Shown here: one piece after another, positions 25,325 to 38,816 of the stretch
Numbering within the stretch: the stretch's first letter is position 1
Layout: every line of letters starts with the position of its first letter
Origin: the human T2T-CHM13v2.0 reference genome, Homo sapiens
NCBI RefSeq assembly: GCF_009914755.1
Contig: NC_060926.1
Length of the DNA stretch: 64,000 nt
Direction: 5' to 3' (one strand)
Position numbers and translations under genes: made by a program
The notes under the pieces: model-generated
Told to the model about the DNA's origin: nothing
What the model saw: the letters and a program-made list of their open reading frames with translations, nothing else
Databases searched by the model: none

Positions 25325-27499
25325 CTAAAAAAATGGAAAGTATTTGTAAGAGTAATATAAGAAGATATAGAAGAAAGAGACAGTTCTGAATGCCCTGCTA
25401 ATGATTCCTGACCAATATGATCCTGATTTGAGTGTGACTGAATGCAGCCAGCTTATACCTGGACACAGGGCTTAGGGTCACCTTGGGCCACATGGAATGG
25501 CATGTGAGTATCTGAGAATAAGACTGGGTTCTAAGTGTGTACCCAGAGAGCAAATGGCAGATTTAGCTGTTAATTAGTTTCTTTCATTAAAAGCTAGAAT
25601 AAAAGAAAAAACTACACTCTCTGTTACTGGTCAAATTCTACCTTTAAAGTTTCTTATAAATTTCATTTTGTAATTTGAGGATTATTTAAGAAGGACTTAC
25701 CTATGGTTAAAGTCATATTGGCCATGAAATTTCCAAATGGATTGTTTACCCTGCTCCAATTTGTGTTACTCCCCTGTCTGTGTCACTGAGGAGTGACAAG
25801 CCATCTAGGCTCTTCATATGTTTCCACTACCTATATGAGATACTCCACAGAGCTTCTGAAAGAGTTAAACCCAGATGAAGGAATTACAGATAAAGCTGCA
25901 GAGGGTGAAAGGCCATTTTTGTGTGAATGTGTGTACTCTATTGAAAACTCTTGGATCATATGTGGGATTTTTAGATCCTTTTTTTTCTTTCACTTATGTT
26001 TAAGTCTTGACCACTTTCTGAGAAAAAAAAAAGGCGCTATTAAAAACCGCAAAAGACTAATGCTCTGGCAAACATAACTTACAATACAAGTGACCACAGC
26101 TAGGTAATAGGGCATGCCTGGGGTTGATAGTACCTAGTCGCTTCTCAAAATCTTTCCTACAAAGATAACTTGGCAAGGTGGCAAGACTCCTGGTTTCTTT
26201 GTTGAGGGAGTAGACTGACCAGCTGTATCTTCCTTTGGGATGAATCTGTTGTCTGTTGCTTATGGAGAATCAGGAAATTCTCTGAGAAGTATCTCGTGTA
26301 ATGAGCAATATTACGTACACTGTTATTTAGCTCTTAAAAATTAACAACAGGGAGAATTTTATAAAAATCGTGAGCTCCCTATTTTTGTGCCCCAGGAAGT
26401 GGTTAAAACATACAAATTCCATCAATAAACTTGTTAGGCAGCATAGTTGCCTTTGTTATTTTTTTCCCTGTTCAAAATGACGTGAACCCATTTTCGGGAT
26501 CAAAATGTACTTTAAGCATCAAGCAAGGTATAAACACTTAAAAATTAGACTTTAAGATTTTGCATTTTGGACAATAATCAATCAACCTGGGTCAGATATA
26601 ATACTAAGAAATCAATGCTCATCATTTTGTTCATAGTCACTATGGGGGAAAATCACACTATACTTGTTCATAAAAGTTTACACTTGTTTATTATAAAAGT
26701 TTGAAGTAATCTTAATAAATTTTCATGTATTTAACAAATACTGTGTTTCTTGAGTTGCATTTCTGTTGACTCCCTGAGTCTTATCCATGACGATGACCAA
26801 GTCCATCTAGAAGAAAAATGTCACGAGCTCTCCAGGAATTTATTGCCTCATATGTTCTCATTTGCATATAGAACCTAACTCTCTTTACTATTTATACAAA
26901 GATAGAAATAAGAGCCAATAGTGGCAACAAACTCATCTAGCCTTCAGATAGTTCTCTGACAGAAACTCCGTTCTTCAGGTCTTTTTGGAAGTCTCCAGCC
27001 CACATCACTAATTTATTTTATTGTAATGCATACCAGGATAGTGTTTCCCTTTCTGCAGCATTCTATAGTTGAGTTCTAGGTTTTATATCTTAATATTTAC
27101 AGTTTGTAAATTATGCTAGGATTTCAGATTTCTTAGATATTGTCTTTTCCCCAACTCTAATGTCCTATTTTCAATCCTTAGGTTATTTAACTAACAGGGA
27201 TACTATTAAGAGATTATAGATAACAGAGATCAAATATATAGTTAAATTGTATTCAAAGCCCTTAAGCTCATCTTTCCACTCTCTTTTTTTATCATCCTTC
27301 TCTATGCTGCATTTCTGTAGCAAATTGTCCACAGAGTTATTTAAAATTTGGCTAAATTCACGGATCATCGATGTCATCACCGATTCTACAATGTTAATAG
27401 ACAGAAAGACACTGTTAATCTACTTTAATTGCCCTTGTGACCAGTGCCAATAAACTCCTCTGAATTGGCTACACTTATATAAGCATGTGATTTCAACTA

Positions 27500-28880
27500 T
27501 GGTAGTATTTCATTCTAGGGGAGATTTGTGGGGGCATTTTTTGTTGTCACAATTATGAAAGAATTTCAATGTCACAATTCGCCTGCCTTAAAGAATTGCC
27601 TTACATGCCTCGAGGCCATTCATGCAGGTGAAAAGCCTGTTTATTCATGAACTGAGCTTTAAAACTAACTGTTTCACATATAAACACCACAATGTGCTTT
27701 TTACATGATTTTAATATAAATTGAAATTTCCAGAGCTACAATTTCCATGTAGAGGTAAGAATATATATTGTTTTATTCAGAACTTTATCAGAAATTGTTC
27801 ATCATTTTGGAAGATTATGTCACTTAGAGCTACACTCCTCATGGCATTTGAGTAGCCAATAGAATATTTCAGAGTTTAGTTTACAATCTGTGTTTGGAGC
27901 TGTTATTTGCAAATATGTAAGCTAAGAGATTTGAGTCTTCTTTACCAGTGTTGGAACCAAATATTATTAAATTTTCAAAGAATTACCAAAATCACACTAA
28001 TAAAAGTTCCTTCAAAAATATTTTATATAAATATCTTCCTATGTATGTAAAATGATATCATACTATGAAAAGGAACCTATCTCTTAAAAATGAAACACTT
28101 GTAATTATTATTTGTCTTTGGGTTGGCTGTTGGTTTTCAGTCTCATTCTCAAAACTCCCTGGAGATCTGCCACAACTTCTCTATAATGTCTCAATTGCCA
28201 TTTCATTTTCCATTCCATCTTCAATTTCTCATTACATAACAAAGGATGTTTGCAGGATCTTTTCTAATGTATTAGAGGATGAATACATGTCCTGACATCT
28301 AGTGGGATTTCTTTCTTCTGTGCAATTCACTACTATTGCATTATATCACAGAAGGTATCATTTTGACACTACTATTAAAAGCAAGAACTAGCTCATTTAT
28401 AAGAATACCATACTTCCTTATTTTCTCTTCAGTTTATATTGGTATATTAATCATAATTAAATTTTAGTTACTTCCCATTTTTAAAATTCATGTATAAATA
28501 AGTCTGATATAATTCTTGACTTCAATGGTAGTTTTGATTATGCTGCCCACTTATACTCCTGCTGTACCATTTTATCTGGTACCTGTATGGAATACTTTCT
28601 CATGTACTTAACGCTTTTAAAACCAAGTTTTCTTCATATGTCTGATTATTGTGTTATGTTTTCTAGTGAAGTTATATTTGAACACTAACATATTGAAATA
28701 AATATTTTATTGTAAACTGTTTTTCTTTTATTTCTCCTGTATATTACAGTTAGGGAATCATGTTGATATTTTAGAAATAGGTTAAATTATCTCTGAGTTC
28801 CATTTCAGGATAGGAAAATGAGTATAACAAAATATGAGACAAGGAGACATTGGATCTGATATGATTGAGAAACTGGTTGA
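27500..28880. mobile_element. Probable old hAT-Charlie DNA transposon remnant
   Basis: MER20-like start (gggggcattttttgttgtcacaat) and terminal-like ttgagaactgg; interior unrecognised. Confidence 0.35.
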
Positions 28881-31800
28881 TAAAATGTCATACTCAAATT
28901 TGGCCTCAGAATTTGCAACTTCATTGCATTCACTATTTTAGCTTCTCTTATTTGCAGGTAGAAAAACCTTCTAAACTCTTATTCTATTCTGGGTTTTTTT
29001 TTTTGGCTCTTAGTCTTAAATAGTTAATCCACATTTTCTTTTAATCTATATTTTAATTAATTCAGCAAAACTTAAAATATTACTTAAAATAACTTGTGCA
29101 AGCTACTTAGATAAGGCATTTAAAATTTATTTCCTGCTGTATAAAAAAGATAATTATGCTTCTTTCTACGGATTTTAAAGCAGATGTTTAAATGCAGAAG
29201 ACTTCTAGAGTCTTCAAGATGATCAGTGTTGGCTTAGATTCCTCTAAGCCCATCTAAATGCAAATGAAAAAAATTTCAACATTTTAACTAAGGTAGGTAT
29301 TAACAATATCCTTATTTCACCGATTGTAAACCTAAGTGGACAGAATATGAGGCCAGAAAAGAATAAGAATAAAGGACCAGAATGCAGGGTTTCCTACCTC
29401 CTAAGTCTATATTCAGAGAGGCCTTGGTTGAGGATTTAAAGGTGAAAGGCAGCCTCACTGAGAGTGATCATGAACAGATGGGATTTAGGATTCTAATGAA
29501 AGAAAGGAGAATAACCTGAAAAACAAAGTAAATAAATTTAAAGGAAATGAATGGGCAGAAATAGAGGGAAATAAGAGATTCAGTAGAAAGTCATGTAAAA
29601 CGCAGAAGCATAGAGGTGGACTTGATGTTCTTCAGAGAAGCATTTGCAAGATGGATGACCAGGTTACATTTTTCAATATATTAGGAGAAGGTGGAAAACA
29701 GGTAACCAAGTAGACTAAACCAACAGCTGGAGAGTGCTTTAATATATTTCAAGGGTCTGATTAAACATAAAGTAGGCCAATTTCCAACTACAAAGAAATA
29801 CCTACATTTAGACATGAAGCTAGAGGCTAAAGCAACAACTGGGAAGAATTTTAAAGATATTTAAAATTTATACGATGAGGCTATTTAAATTTATCATGAG
29901 TTATGAGATGCTAAAGGAGAATATGTTTTTCTTTTAGATGGTGCTGGAAATATAGCTAAGGGCATCTGATAGATTAAAAAAATAATGCTACTTTAAAAAA
30001 TCATTTTGGAGGGCCAAATGTGATAGGAAAGAAGGAAACCAAACAGACAAAGGTTGTTTTTAAATCATCAGGTATTTGTACAATATATCTTAGGGCACTG
30101 AGTTTATTTAGCTAAAGTTTAATAAAACCCAAATTCCTCAAGTGACTTAACATGAAAGAAGATGCAAATGCAGTGTTTAATAATTAAACTTTGTAAAAGA
30201 ACACTATCAATAAGTATAAGGCAACCAGTTTAGCACTTAGAAAAATGCATAAGAAGTAATCATCAAATTATTTTTCTTCATATTGTCTGTTTCAGTGCAT
30301 GACATATTATTTGCAGGAGTAAACTGTTATCATTGAAAATCAATTTGCAAATCCTTATCAGATGACAAGATACTGGGTAATGGCCAATGCAGCCTATGAG
30401 AAACAAGTTGTATTAGATTCATTTATTTTGTTTATGAGTCATATAGGCTAGAGAGGAGATAAAAGCTGTAACAAACCTTGAAAGTAGTTTTACTTCAGAA
30501 TCATATGACAGATTCATAGACTAATTGGAAATGGAACACACCAATGTCAGAGGGAAGCAGGGTTACTTGAGATAGCAAGGAGGTGGGAGCATTAAAGGGG
30601 CAAAATTGTATTATGACTTATTTACGAAGTAGAGAAAGTGAGGTAGATTTTTACTGATGACTTGTAAAGCAAAATAGAAAAGCCACCAAGTTGGAGGTAA
30701 AAATTAATATATGAGTGATGGAGGTAGGATTAGGTACCCCTCTCACATATTAGAGAAGTTGTTAAAAAATTATAATACATACATATGTATATGCAGGATG
30801 TGCAATTTATTTGAAATAACTTTTCCACTCTTTCACAATGGTTTACATTTTTAACAAAGAACTTTGAAATGTTAGCTTAAGGAGTCATAATGCTAAGAAA
30901 ATTTATTAAAGGGAAACGAAATAGATCCTAAGAAAGAAGATTAAGTGGAAATTAGTTTTAGAAAAAAGAGTACCAATTTGCTGTCTTTTTACTGTGATAT
31001 TGCATCATGATTAGCAGTAGTCAGCTAGTATCTCTGTCCAGTAGAGACAGATGAAGGGGAAAAGAATACATATCAGAAAGAAGGATTTAGGTTAGCTCTT
31101 TGTGTAACAGGCACTAACACGGACTTCCCGAGAAAGTTAAAGAATGGCATCCTCTGGAGATAAATGTACCACCTGTGCAAGGTATTTAGCCAATACCTCA
31201 CCTGACATGAATAAATCAGATGATATTGAAGACATTACCAACACATTCCTACGTTATTTATTTAATTCAGAATTAAATAATTAGAATTAAATTCAACCAA
31301 AAAATGTTTTTTGGTTGAATATTGAAATAATTAATTATAATTATGCATTTTGTACACAAAGCAGTGTAGAAACCTGCATTTTTTAGTTTTTTATTTAGAT
31401 CTGGTATAGAAGCAAAGTCAAAAGAATTTAAAATGCACACTTGGGGGTTCTTGTACCTAATTAGCAATGTTAATGGCTTTGTGAAAAATCTTAGAGGCAG
31501 ACACTTAAACATTGTTAATAGTTTTCAAAACCAGAGCTTGAAAAACGTAATGAAGACTTTGGATTGAAAATTTACATTAAATTTAATTAAGTTTGCAAAT
31601 GTTTTCTCCAATTTGGGGATATAACTTCTTAAGTATTAATATGTGAAAACTTTGTGCAATGGTTTAGAGATTTGTAATGCCAAATTCTGACTTTGATGAT
31701 TCTACCATATACTTTAAATTGTGATCGTAAAATTGATGAGCAATCTGAAATCTATGTAATAAATAAAGAATATCCGTGTTCAAAGACTACTCCTATTAAA

Positions 31801-33318
31801 AATGAGAGAGTTGAGAAAAAAAGGTTGGAGAGTAAATGAATTGTTTTATGACACTAAAATAAAATAGCTGTACTTTGACATATATGTGAACTAGTAGTTT
31901 GAAAGTTAAACAAGTCCAATTTTCTATTTGTTGAGAAAAATTAGGTTCATTTATCACTACATTTAAAAATCACTAGAAAATTAATTAATGCCTACTAATT
32001 TACTGCTAATTGTTAAATCCTAAAGCTAGTTGGCAAGAACTATCTGTATCCTGCTTCTTGAGGTTACATTCTGAATTATGTCAATGCAAACCACCACACA
32101 CAGTTGACACTAATTTGCTCCCTTTTAGAAATCACAGTGGACAGGTCAAAAAAAAAAAAAAAAAAAGAACAATGATGTAGGTGAAATCCCATCCCACTAT
32201 TGGGGTCAACCTGCATAGACCCTTTTAAAGTGCCTACAAAATAAAATTGGGGTGGGTTTGGGGGGATACTGCCATAATTTCCCTGATTTTCAAATTTCCC
32301 TAGGTTGCTGACCAAACATTTTTGCTCCCTAGCGCTATTAATTCATAACCATCACCAGCTCTGAATTATTTTAGGGAAGCAATTGAGAAATCAATATACA
32401 AAATTGCACAGTGGTCAGTGTACCAGTGACATATAGGAGAGAGTGGTCAAAACAGTGAATTCTAAGTAATGACGGTTACTGGTGGAGACGTGTTCATGCA
32501 ACACACATGCACAAAATAAGTCACAATCACCATTTGCACACCCACAGCAGCATGCATGGCCTATGTTGAAAGACCAAATCCCAATGGTTTTCAATTTGAT
32601 GATAATAATATGGTTATCATATTTTGTGATCCTTGTATCTACTATGATATAGTAGAAAACAGAATTGAATTCCAAATTTTCAGCCCAATCCAAATTTATC
32701 CAGAGTATTCCCAGTTAAATATAACCCTATGGTAGTTGTAGGTCATGCCAGTGATTTCAGACTAATAGAGAACAAAATTAAAATGATTAAAATATAATAG
32801 AGAAAAATAGAAAACAACTGTCATGCATATATAGTTTACTACTACAGTAAGCTGAAAACCATACCCCCTGCCATCCAGGAACGTGAAACTAGTTTTGAGG
32901 AAACAAAAGAGGAACAAGTGAAGTGATGCTGTCATGTAGCACTTTGCTTATTTTATTTAATCTTGCACTCAAATTTTTTGTTTTCCTGAAATAGGCTTTT
33001 GTGCCTCTGTCACATCAGAATATATTTAGCTTGATATTTGTGTTTTTCCAAGTGATTTAAATATTTAGGAAGTATTCATTGTCAACCTAGGCTTATAATT
33101 CTTGCAGGCAAAAGGAGCTCATGATCATTTTGGTAACACAGCAGAGAAATAACAATGTCTGTAGCAAAATCAAGCCATGATGTCTCCACCAGGCACCCCA
33201 AATAGCTAAGGGCAGCATGAAGATGTTGCACTGAACAGGGCATACAGCAGGCAAGTTAACATGCCGAGTAAAGGGGCAGGTTGAACATCAGATGGTGAAA
33301 TTTGAGTTTGTACATTAC

Positions 33319-33339
33319 CTTTGACATTGCGACCATTGT
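33319..33339 (-). CDS. KCNH7: KCNH7 21-nt frame-preserving microexon (probably exon 5)
   Basis: aaacag|AC AAT GGT CGC AAT GTC AAA G|gtaatg; encodes (D)NGRNVK, which joins RHASE to GPFNHIK as in the ERG3 protein I recall; upstream pyrimidine tract present. Confidence 0.9.
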
Positions 33340-33806
33340 CTGTTTTGAGCACATAAGGATAAAAAAAGAGAAATATAAAAAGAAGACTAAAATTATATTA
33401 TATACACTGAATTACCTGTATAAAAACAATCAGAGAAATCAGAATATGATGGAAAATTTCTCTTTAATTGAAATTAACATTTTGTACTATTCCACCAAGT
33501 AACATGCATATACTAAAAATAGTATCTGTCATAATATACATTCTTATTTAAATATGTGAAGCATTTATCTCAATTTAAATGGATTCCAAAGTACAGATTT
33601 TATAATTATGACAGTTTGGAAATAGACTTCCCCAGCTGCTGCAGTTGTGACAAAACTTTCAACCTTGTCAACAGCCAATTTTAGTGTCTCCTCAACTATC
33701 ACTTAGAATATACTCAAAGGAAGACTCCACATTTTGCATGTTAAGTGTTTTTTTGCATATAATTTAACCTAGTATGTTAATAAGGAAAATGTTTCTAAGA
33801 TAACAG

Positions 33807-34191
33807 TTCCTTCCTTCCTCCCTCCCTCCCTCCCTTCTTTCCCTCCCTCCCTCCCTCCTTCCCTTCCTCCCTTCCCTCCTTCCCTCCTGCCTTCCTCCCT
33901 TTCTCCCTTCCCTCTTTCCCTCCTTCCTTCCCTCCTTCCCTCCTTCCCTCCTTCCTTCCCTCCTTCCCTCCTTCCTTCTTTCCTTCCTTCTTTCCTTCCT
34001 TCCCTCCTTCCCTCCTTCTTTCCTTCCTTCCTTCCTTCCTTCCTTCCTTCTCTCCTTCCCTCCTTCCTTCTTTCCTTCCTTCCCTCCTTCTTTCCTTCCT
34101 TCCTTCCTTCCTTCCTTCTCTCCTTCCCTCCCTCCTTCCTTCCTTCCTTCCTTCCTTCCTTCTTTCCTTCCTTCCTTCCTTTCTTCCTTTC
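33807..34191. repeat. (CCTT/CCCT/CTTT)n polypyrimidine tract; (GGAA)n on the gene strand
   Basis: About 385 bp with a single purine (g33889) on the + strand. Confidence 0.97.
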
Positions 34192-34305
34192 AGGACAAGG
34201 TCTGGCTATATCTCTCTGGATGGACTTGAACTTCTAGGCTCAAGAATCCTCGTGCCTGAGCCTCCTTAGTAGCTGGGACTACAACCACACCAGTCTGCCT
34301 GGCTC
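34192..34305 (-). mobile_element. Alu monomer (FLAM/FAM-like)
   Basis: ttgaacttctaggctcaag...gcctccttagtagctgggactaca...gcctggct; its tail position coincides with the GGAA tract. Confidence 0.8.
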
Positions 34306-36749
34306 CACTCTGCCTAGCTCCAACTTACATTATTAATCACAATTTTATTAACTGCCCTCCTCCAAATGTACTTCAATATATATTTTAAAAATAGCAAATA
34401 TAACTCAAAGAGTCATTCTTAGGCAAAAATAATTGCAAGAAGTAAATGAAAGATTAGATTGTTTTAAAAAATGTAAACATTTTTGTTAATGTTGTCACAA
34501 TGAATTCAGTGTAATTACTAGAATATTGAAAAATTTTATTTGTAATAAAATGGGCTCTTTTAAAATCTAAGTTAAATATTTTCAGATTTACTTTGAGATC
34601 AGCTATCTAAATGTTGCATACTTGCCACTAACAAAATATGCATTACTAGCTATGAAACACACTTGCTTAAAATAAACGTCACTGTCATATCAAAACCATT
34701 CAAATATATCCAAGATTTGAAAAATCTGTTCAGCATTTTGTTGATATCTATGCTAACACTGTGCCCATTTAAAATCTTGGGATATATCATAATAATTTCA
34801 AAGCTTACAACTGAAATAATTCTAATAATGTGATATATTGAATTGCTCGTAGACATTGCATTGGACAAAGATATACAAATAAAACTGTGGCCTTAGATGA
34901 CAACTCCCTTTCCTCTTTGAGAGAATTACAAGAAACAAATAGAGATAGTGGAAGAGATCTTGATTACTCAGAATGAATGTGTCTGTCAGAAGCTGGGTCC
35001 AAAAACCATTAGTAAAGTAACAACTGCTTGCAAGTAGTTATAAATTATAACTGTACTTATCAAACCTAAAAATTATATGTAAAGATTTACCAATTCCAAG
35101 AAAACTAACAAAACATTACATTATATAGTTATTACAGCTTTGACCTTCCAAGGCAGAGTGTGGCTTGTGCACTGGTCTTAGCTGAGATCTGCTTGTTATT
35201 CTTCCATGACAATGCAAGTACAGAAATTGGAGTAAATATTTAGAATCTTTTGTAGCAGTTTGGCAGAGTAATTTCATGTCTGATTAATCTAATAATAAAA
35301 CAATTGGGGTTTATATTTTATGTCTATTTTTTACATTTTATTTTTCCAGTAGTACATTTTTATTGGCTTCACAAATGTATTGGTCAGTGATGAATTAGAA
35401 AACAAAATTCTGGTTCTTCATCAAAGATGGTTTGAAAAGTATGGTTCTAAGGTTCTTGATAATGTGGATTAAATGAGAGGATAAGGTAAAATATTATTCA
35501 TTAATATATCTGCAAAATATTTAAAGTTCTGTGAAGATAGCCTGTACAGGAGAACATTTTTATTTATTTCAATGAGGAGACAACAACCCAACTTCGAAAT
35601 CTTGTGCATGATTTCACCTGTTAATCAGTTACATGAATTCATAAAACTAAAATCACTTCTAAAAGTTTTCCATCTTTCCTTATCAATGGCTCTATTTCTA
35701 AAATATACCAAATTATAAAGTCTTAGGGAATGTAGTTTCTTTTTTGCTAATCAGTGATTTTGTAGCTAAAATTTCTTTAAAGATGAAGTAGAAAATACCC
35801 TCTGAATTTATCAATCTATAGTCACATGTTGACTCTAGCATAATCTGTAAGAAAGTAATTTTTTTTTTATAACAGCTTACTTTGGGTGAGGGGGAAAAAT
35901 CGAGGATGATCTTAGCACCAAATGTTTATGTATAGCACCCGTACTGAGAAATCCAAAAATATTAAATCATTCTTTCTCATAATTGTATCAGTAACTGTGC
36001 ACTAAATGGATATCATATAAATTAAAAACAATGAAGTTAAATCAAGAAATCTAATCTAAACTACTCAGCACCACTGTCCAAACACAGGCTAAGTCAGTAA
36101 AATGCACTGATTATGTATCAGTTTGATTTTCAAATTTGTTGTTTTTGAATTTTACTATACTACTGTTATAAGTCAGGATCTCTCTAGGGAATCTCTGAAA
36201 AGGCAATTTCTGAAAAGTCAGTATGATTGCTAAAAGTGACTACACTAACTAAACTCACTAAAACATATGCTGGTCATTTGAATTACCATATTGAATTTAT
36301 TGTTGCTGTTTAGCCACAGGACTCACTGATCAAAGATCAAATTCTAGCGGTTTCATTCTGTCAGGAAATATTGAGCCTGCCATTACTAAATGGGATATGG
36401 CCTTAGATGATTATCCAATTTGGGAATTGGCCTTGTATTTTCTTTTTTCCTTTTGACCTTCTTTGGCCCACAGATTAAAATAGATGTGCTAATTGCTCTT
36501 GTATCTTTTTCTGAGCTATTGATTTATCTTTCTTTGAACTTCTTCCTGCCAACTCTTCCTTTCACCTCTTCTGCCTTCTCTACTTCATGGTGTCCTTTAG
36601 ATAAAGATCCTCTATATGATTTACTCCTAAGACTTCGTTTAACTTCAGAGTATGATGGAGCAGATAACTCATTATTTTCTGATCTGCATGATTTTGAAAC
36701 AGAACTCGCAAGCACAGTCCCCTCAACATCACATGGTCTTCTCAATGTT

Positions 36750-37240
36750 ACACCAATATTTATCGCGTATCTGCCATGAAGTAGACAATTGTGCTAGAAA
36801 CTAAGGGTGCAGAGCTCACTATGCCAGAGTGCCTATGCTGGAGGCGCTCACAGCAACATAATTGCTTGCTTACATATCTGACAAGAATGACAGACATATA
36901 ATACACAATAAATATAAAATGCAATCCATGCTACACTATATGTAAATATTGGTTTGCACACTCGAGTGTGAAATGATTTAATTCTTCTGGTTTGGGAAGG
37001 GGGAAATGGGTCCCTGCTGCTGAGTGGTAGTGTAAGGAGAGACAAAGCAGGGAAGAGTATTCCAGGAATAACAAAGTAATGAAGCAAGAAAACACGTGTT
37101 ACATTTTTGGGAAAAGGCAAATTATATCTGTGCAGATGTAGAATAGAGTATGTAATAGGGAGGGGAGTCTTGCTGGGGCTAGAAATGAGGCTAGAAAAAT
37201 AAGTGTGATCAGCTGACAAAGTGCCTAACACCTCACATTA
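36750..37240 (-). mobile_element. L2 fragment
   Basis: atatttatcg...tgtgctagaaacta (L2 3' end reversed) followed by purine-rich L2-like sequence. Confidence 0.55.
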
Positions 37241-37459
37241 AGAATTAATGTTTTAAAGACAAAACTAGCAGTAGCCTGGACAGCAGGTCTCTCAAGAACC
37301 AAATCTATGGGAATCTGGAAAGCGGGTCTGATGTACCCATGCCAGGAACTTTGATTCTTGGACTCCCTGGGGAAAGTCAAGAGTTTCAACAGACTCCTCC
37401 TATGGCAAGGTTTCATGGAGGAGCAGGAGTGAGGGAGGAAAAAGATTGCATGGATTTGA

Positions 37460-37700
37460 TTGTAGACTATGGAGACAGGCAGTCCTGAGTTTGAAGCCGG
37501 GCTCTGACACTGACTAGCTCTGTAACCTTAGTCTAGTTATTTATGTTATTTATTTAACATAGTTAAGCCTCTGTTTCCTCACTTACTAAATAGGGCTTAG
37601 AAATGATTCCTAATTTGGGTTTCTTATGAGAGTAAAATGAGACAATGTGTATCAAGCACTTACATTGCCTCAGACACAGTAAGTACTTAACCGATGTTAT
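37460..37700 (+). mobile_element. MIR SINE
   Basis: cctgagtttgaagccgggctctgacactgactagctctgtaacctta...aagcctctgtttcctca...cacagtaagtacttaa. Confidence 0.82.
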
Positions 37701-38387
37701 CAATTACCATGTTCATGATAAATAGTTTCTGCCACTGCTTTTTTTAAGGATCCTTAATTTCACTACTGGCTAATGTAAGAATGTGAACATAATGTTCAAA
37801 GAGGCCAGGGAGAATAAATTCTGATTTGCTTTTCAAGTCGATTTTTGTTGAGATCAGGACTTTCAGGATTTTTTTCCCTTTAAATTTTTCCCCTTCATCC
37901 TACCTACCTTGCACCCCTGTCAGCTTACAGCTTTCTGATCACTCAGTACATCACAGTTCCTATGCTGCTCCCTTTGGAAAGAGTCGGTCAATGAACTAGC
38001 CCTCTGATGGCACAAATTCTTTCTTCCCAGGGCATGATCATTTGCTAAATGCAGCAAAATTAACTATGCTTGAGATGATAGTGTTCATTACCTAAGCACA
38101 TGTTATAATAAGCATTAATTAATTAACACTCCATGTGGTAGGCAGATAATGGTTATCATACTATTTCAGAAATACAGATAAAGAAGCCAGAAGACACTAA
38201 ATTACTCACAAGGGTTCAAAGAGGAAATCAGTAACAACTCTGAGTGTAGGACTCAGGTTTTTAATAGCCTTTAATCACATTTCTTTCCCCAATGCACAGA
38301 GATTATTGTTGAAATTTCAAACAATATGCAAATAATCATTTATTACCCATTAATATATGTTTCCATTTAAAAAAAAATCAAACATAC

Positions 38388-38816
38388 CTTCGCTGGCATG
38401 TCGGTCTCTAAATATGTTCTTGGGGTGGACGCCGAATCCTTCTATATCATGGACCGAAGATGCTCTCCGTATACTACATAAGCTTTCCCTTGATCTGGAA
38501 TGGGACAGCTGGGAACTTGACTGCAGCATGTCAGGGTAGAGTCGGTCCCATTGCCTTTTGGGAGAGGAATGGTCAAGAGGTCCGGATATATTCACCAAGG
38601 GAGAACATTTGCTGGGCTGTATCAAAGCTTTTGTGTCATCTGCTTCAGAGGGGCTGCAGCTTTCTTTTGTAGGAGACTTAAAATGCTTCATGGCTACTGA
38701 ATCATCACTGTGTTTAGATGAATCGATGACCACCACATCGGGGTCTTCTTGTGGTAAGGACTGCTTTCTGTAAGTGAGAACTCTCAGACCAGGGAATTTG
38801 AACCCAAAAAATTTCC
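38388..38816 (-). CDS. KCNH7: KCNH7 internal coding exon (probably exon 4), N-terminal linker
   Basis: atag|GG AAA TTT TTT GGG...GCC AGC GAA G|gtatgt; 429 nt, phase 1 to 1, open throughout: (R)[35 protein letters not shown]...[37 protein letters not shown]. Overlaps track ORF 38350..38736. Confidence 0.97.

Noticed and set aside
38350-38736. 128-aa ORF as a stand-alone gene
   Set aside because: It is part of the KCNH7 exon; the GTG start is internal and the tail [12 protein letters not shown] is intron read-through past the donor at 38388.
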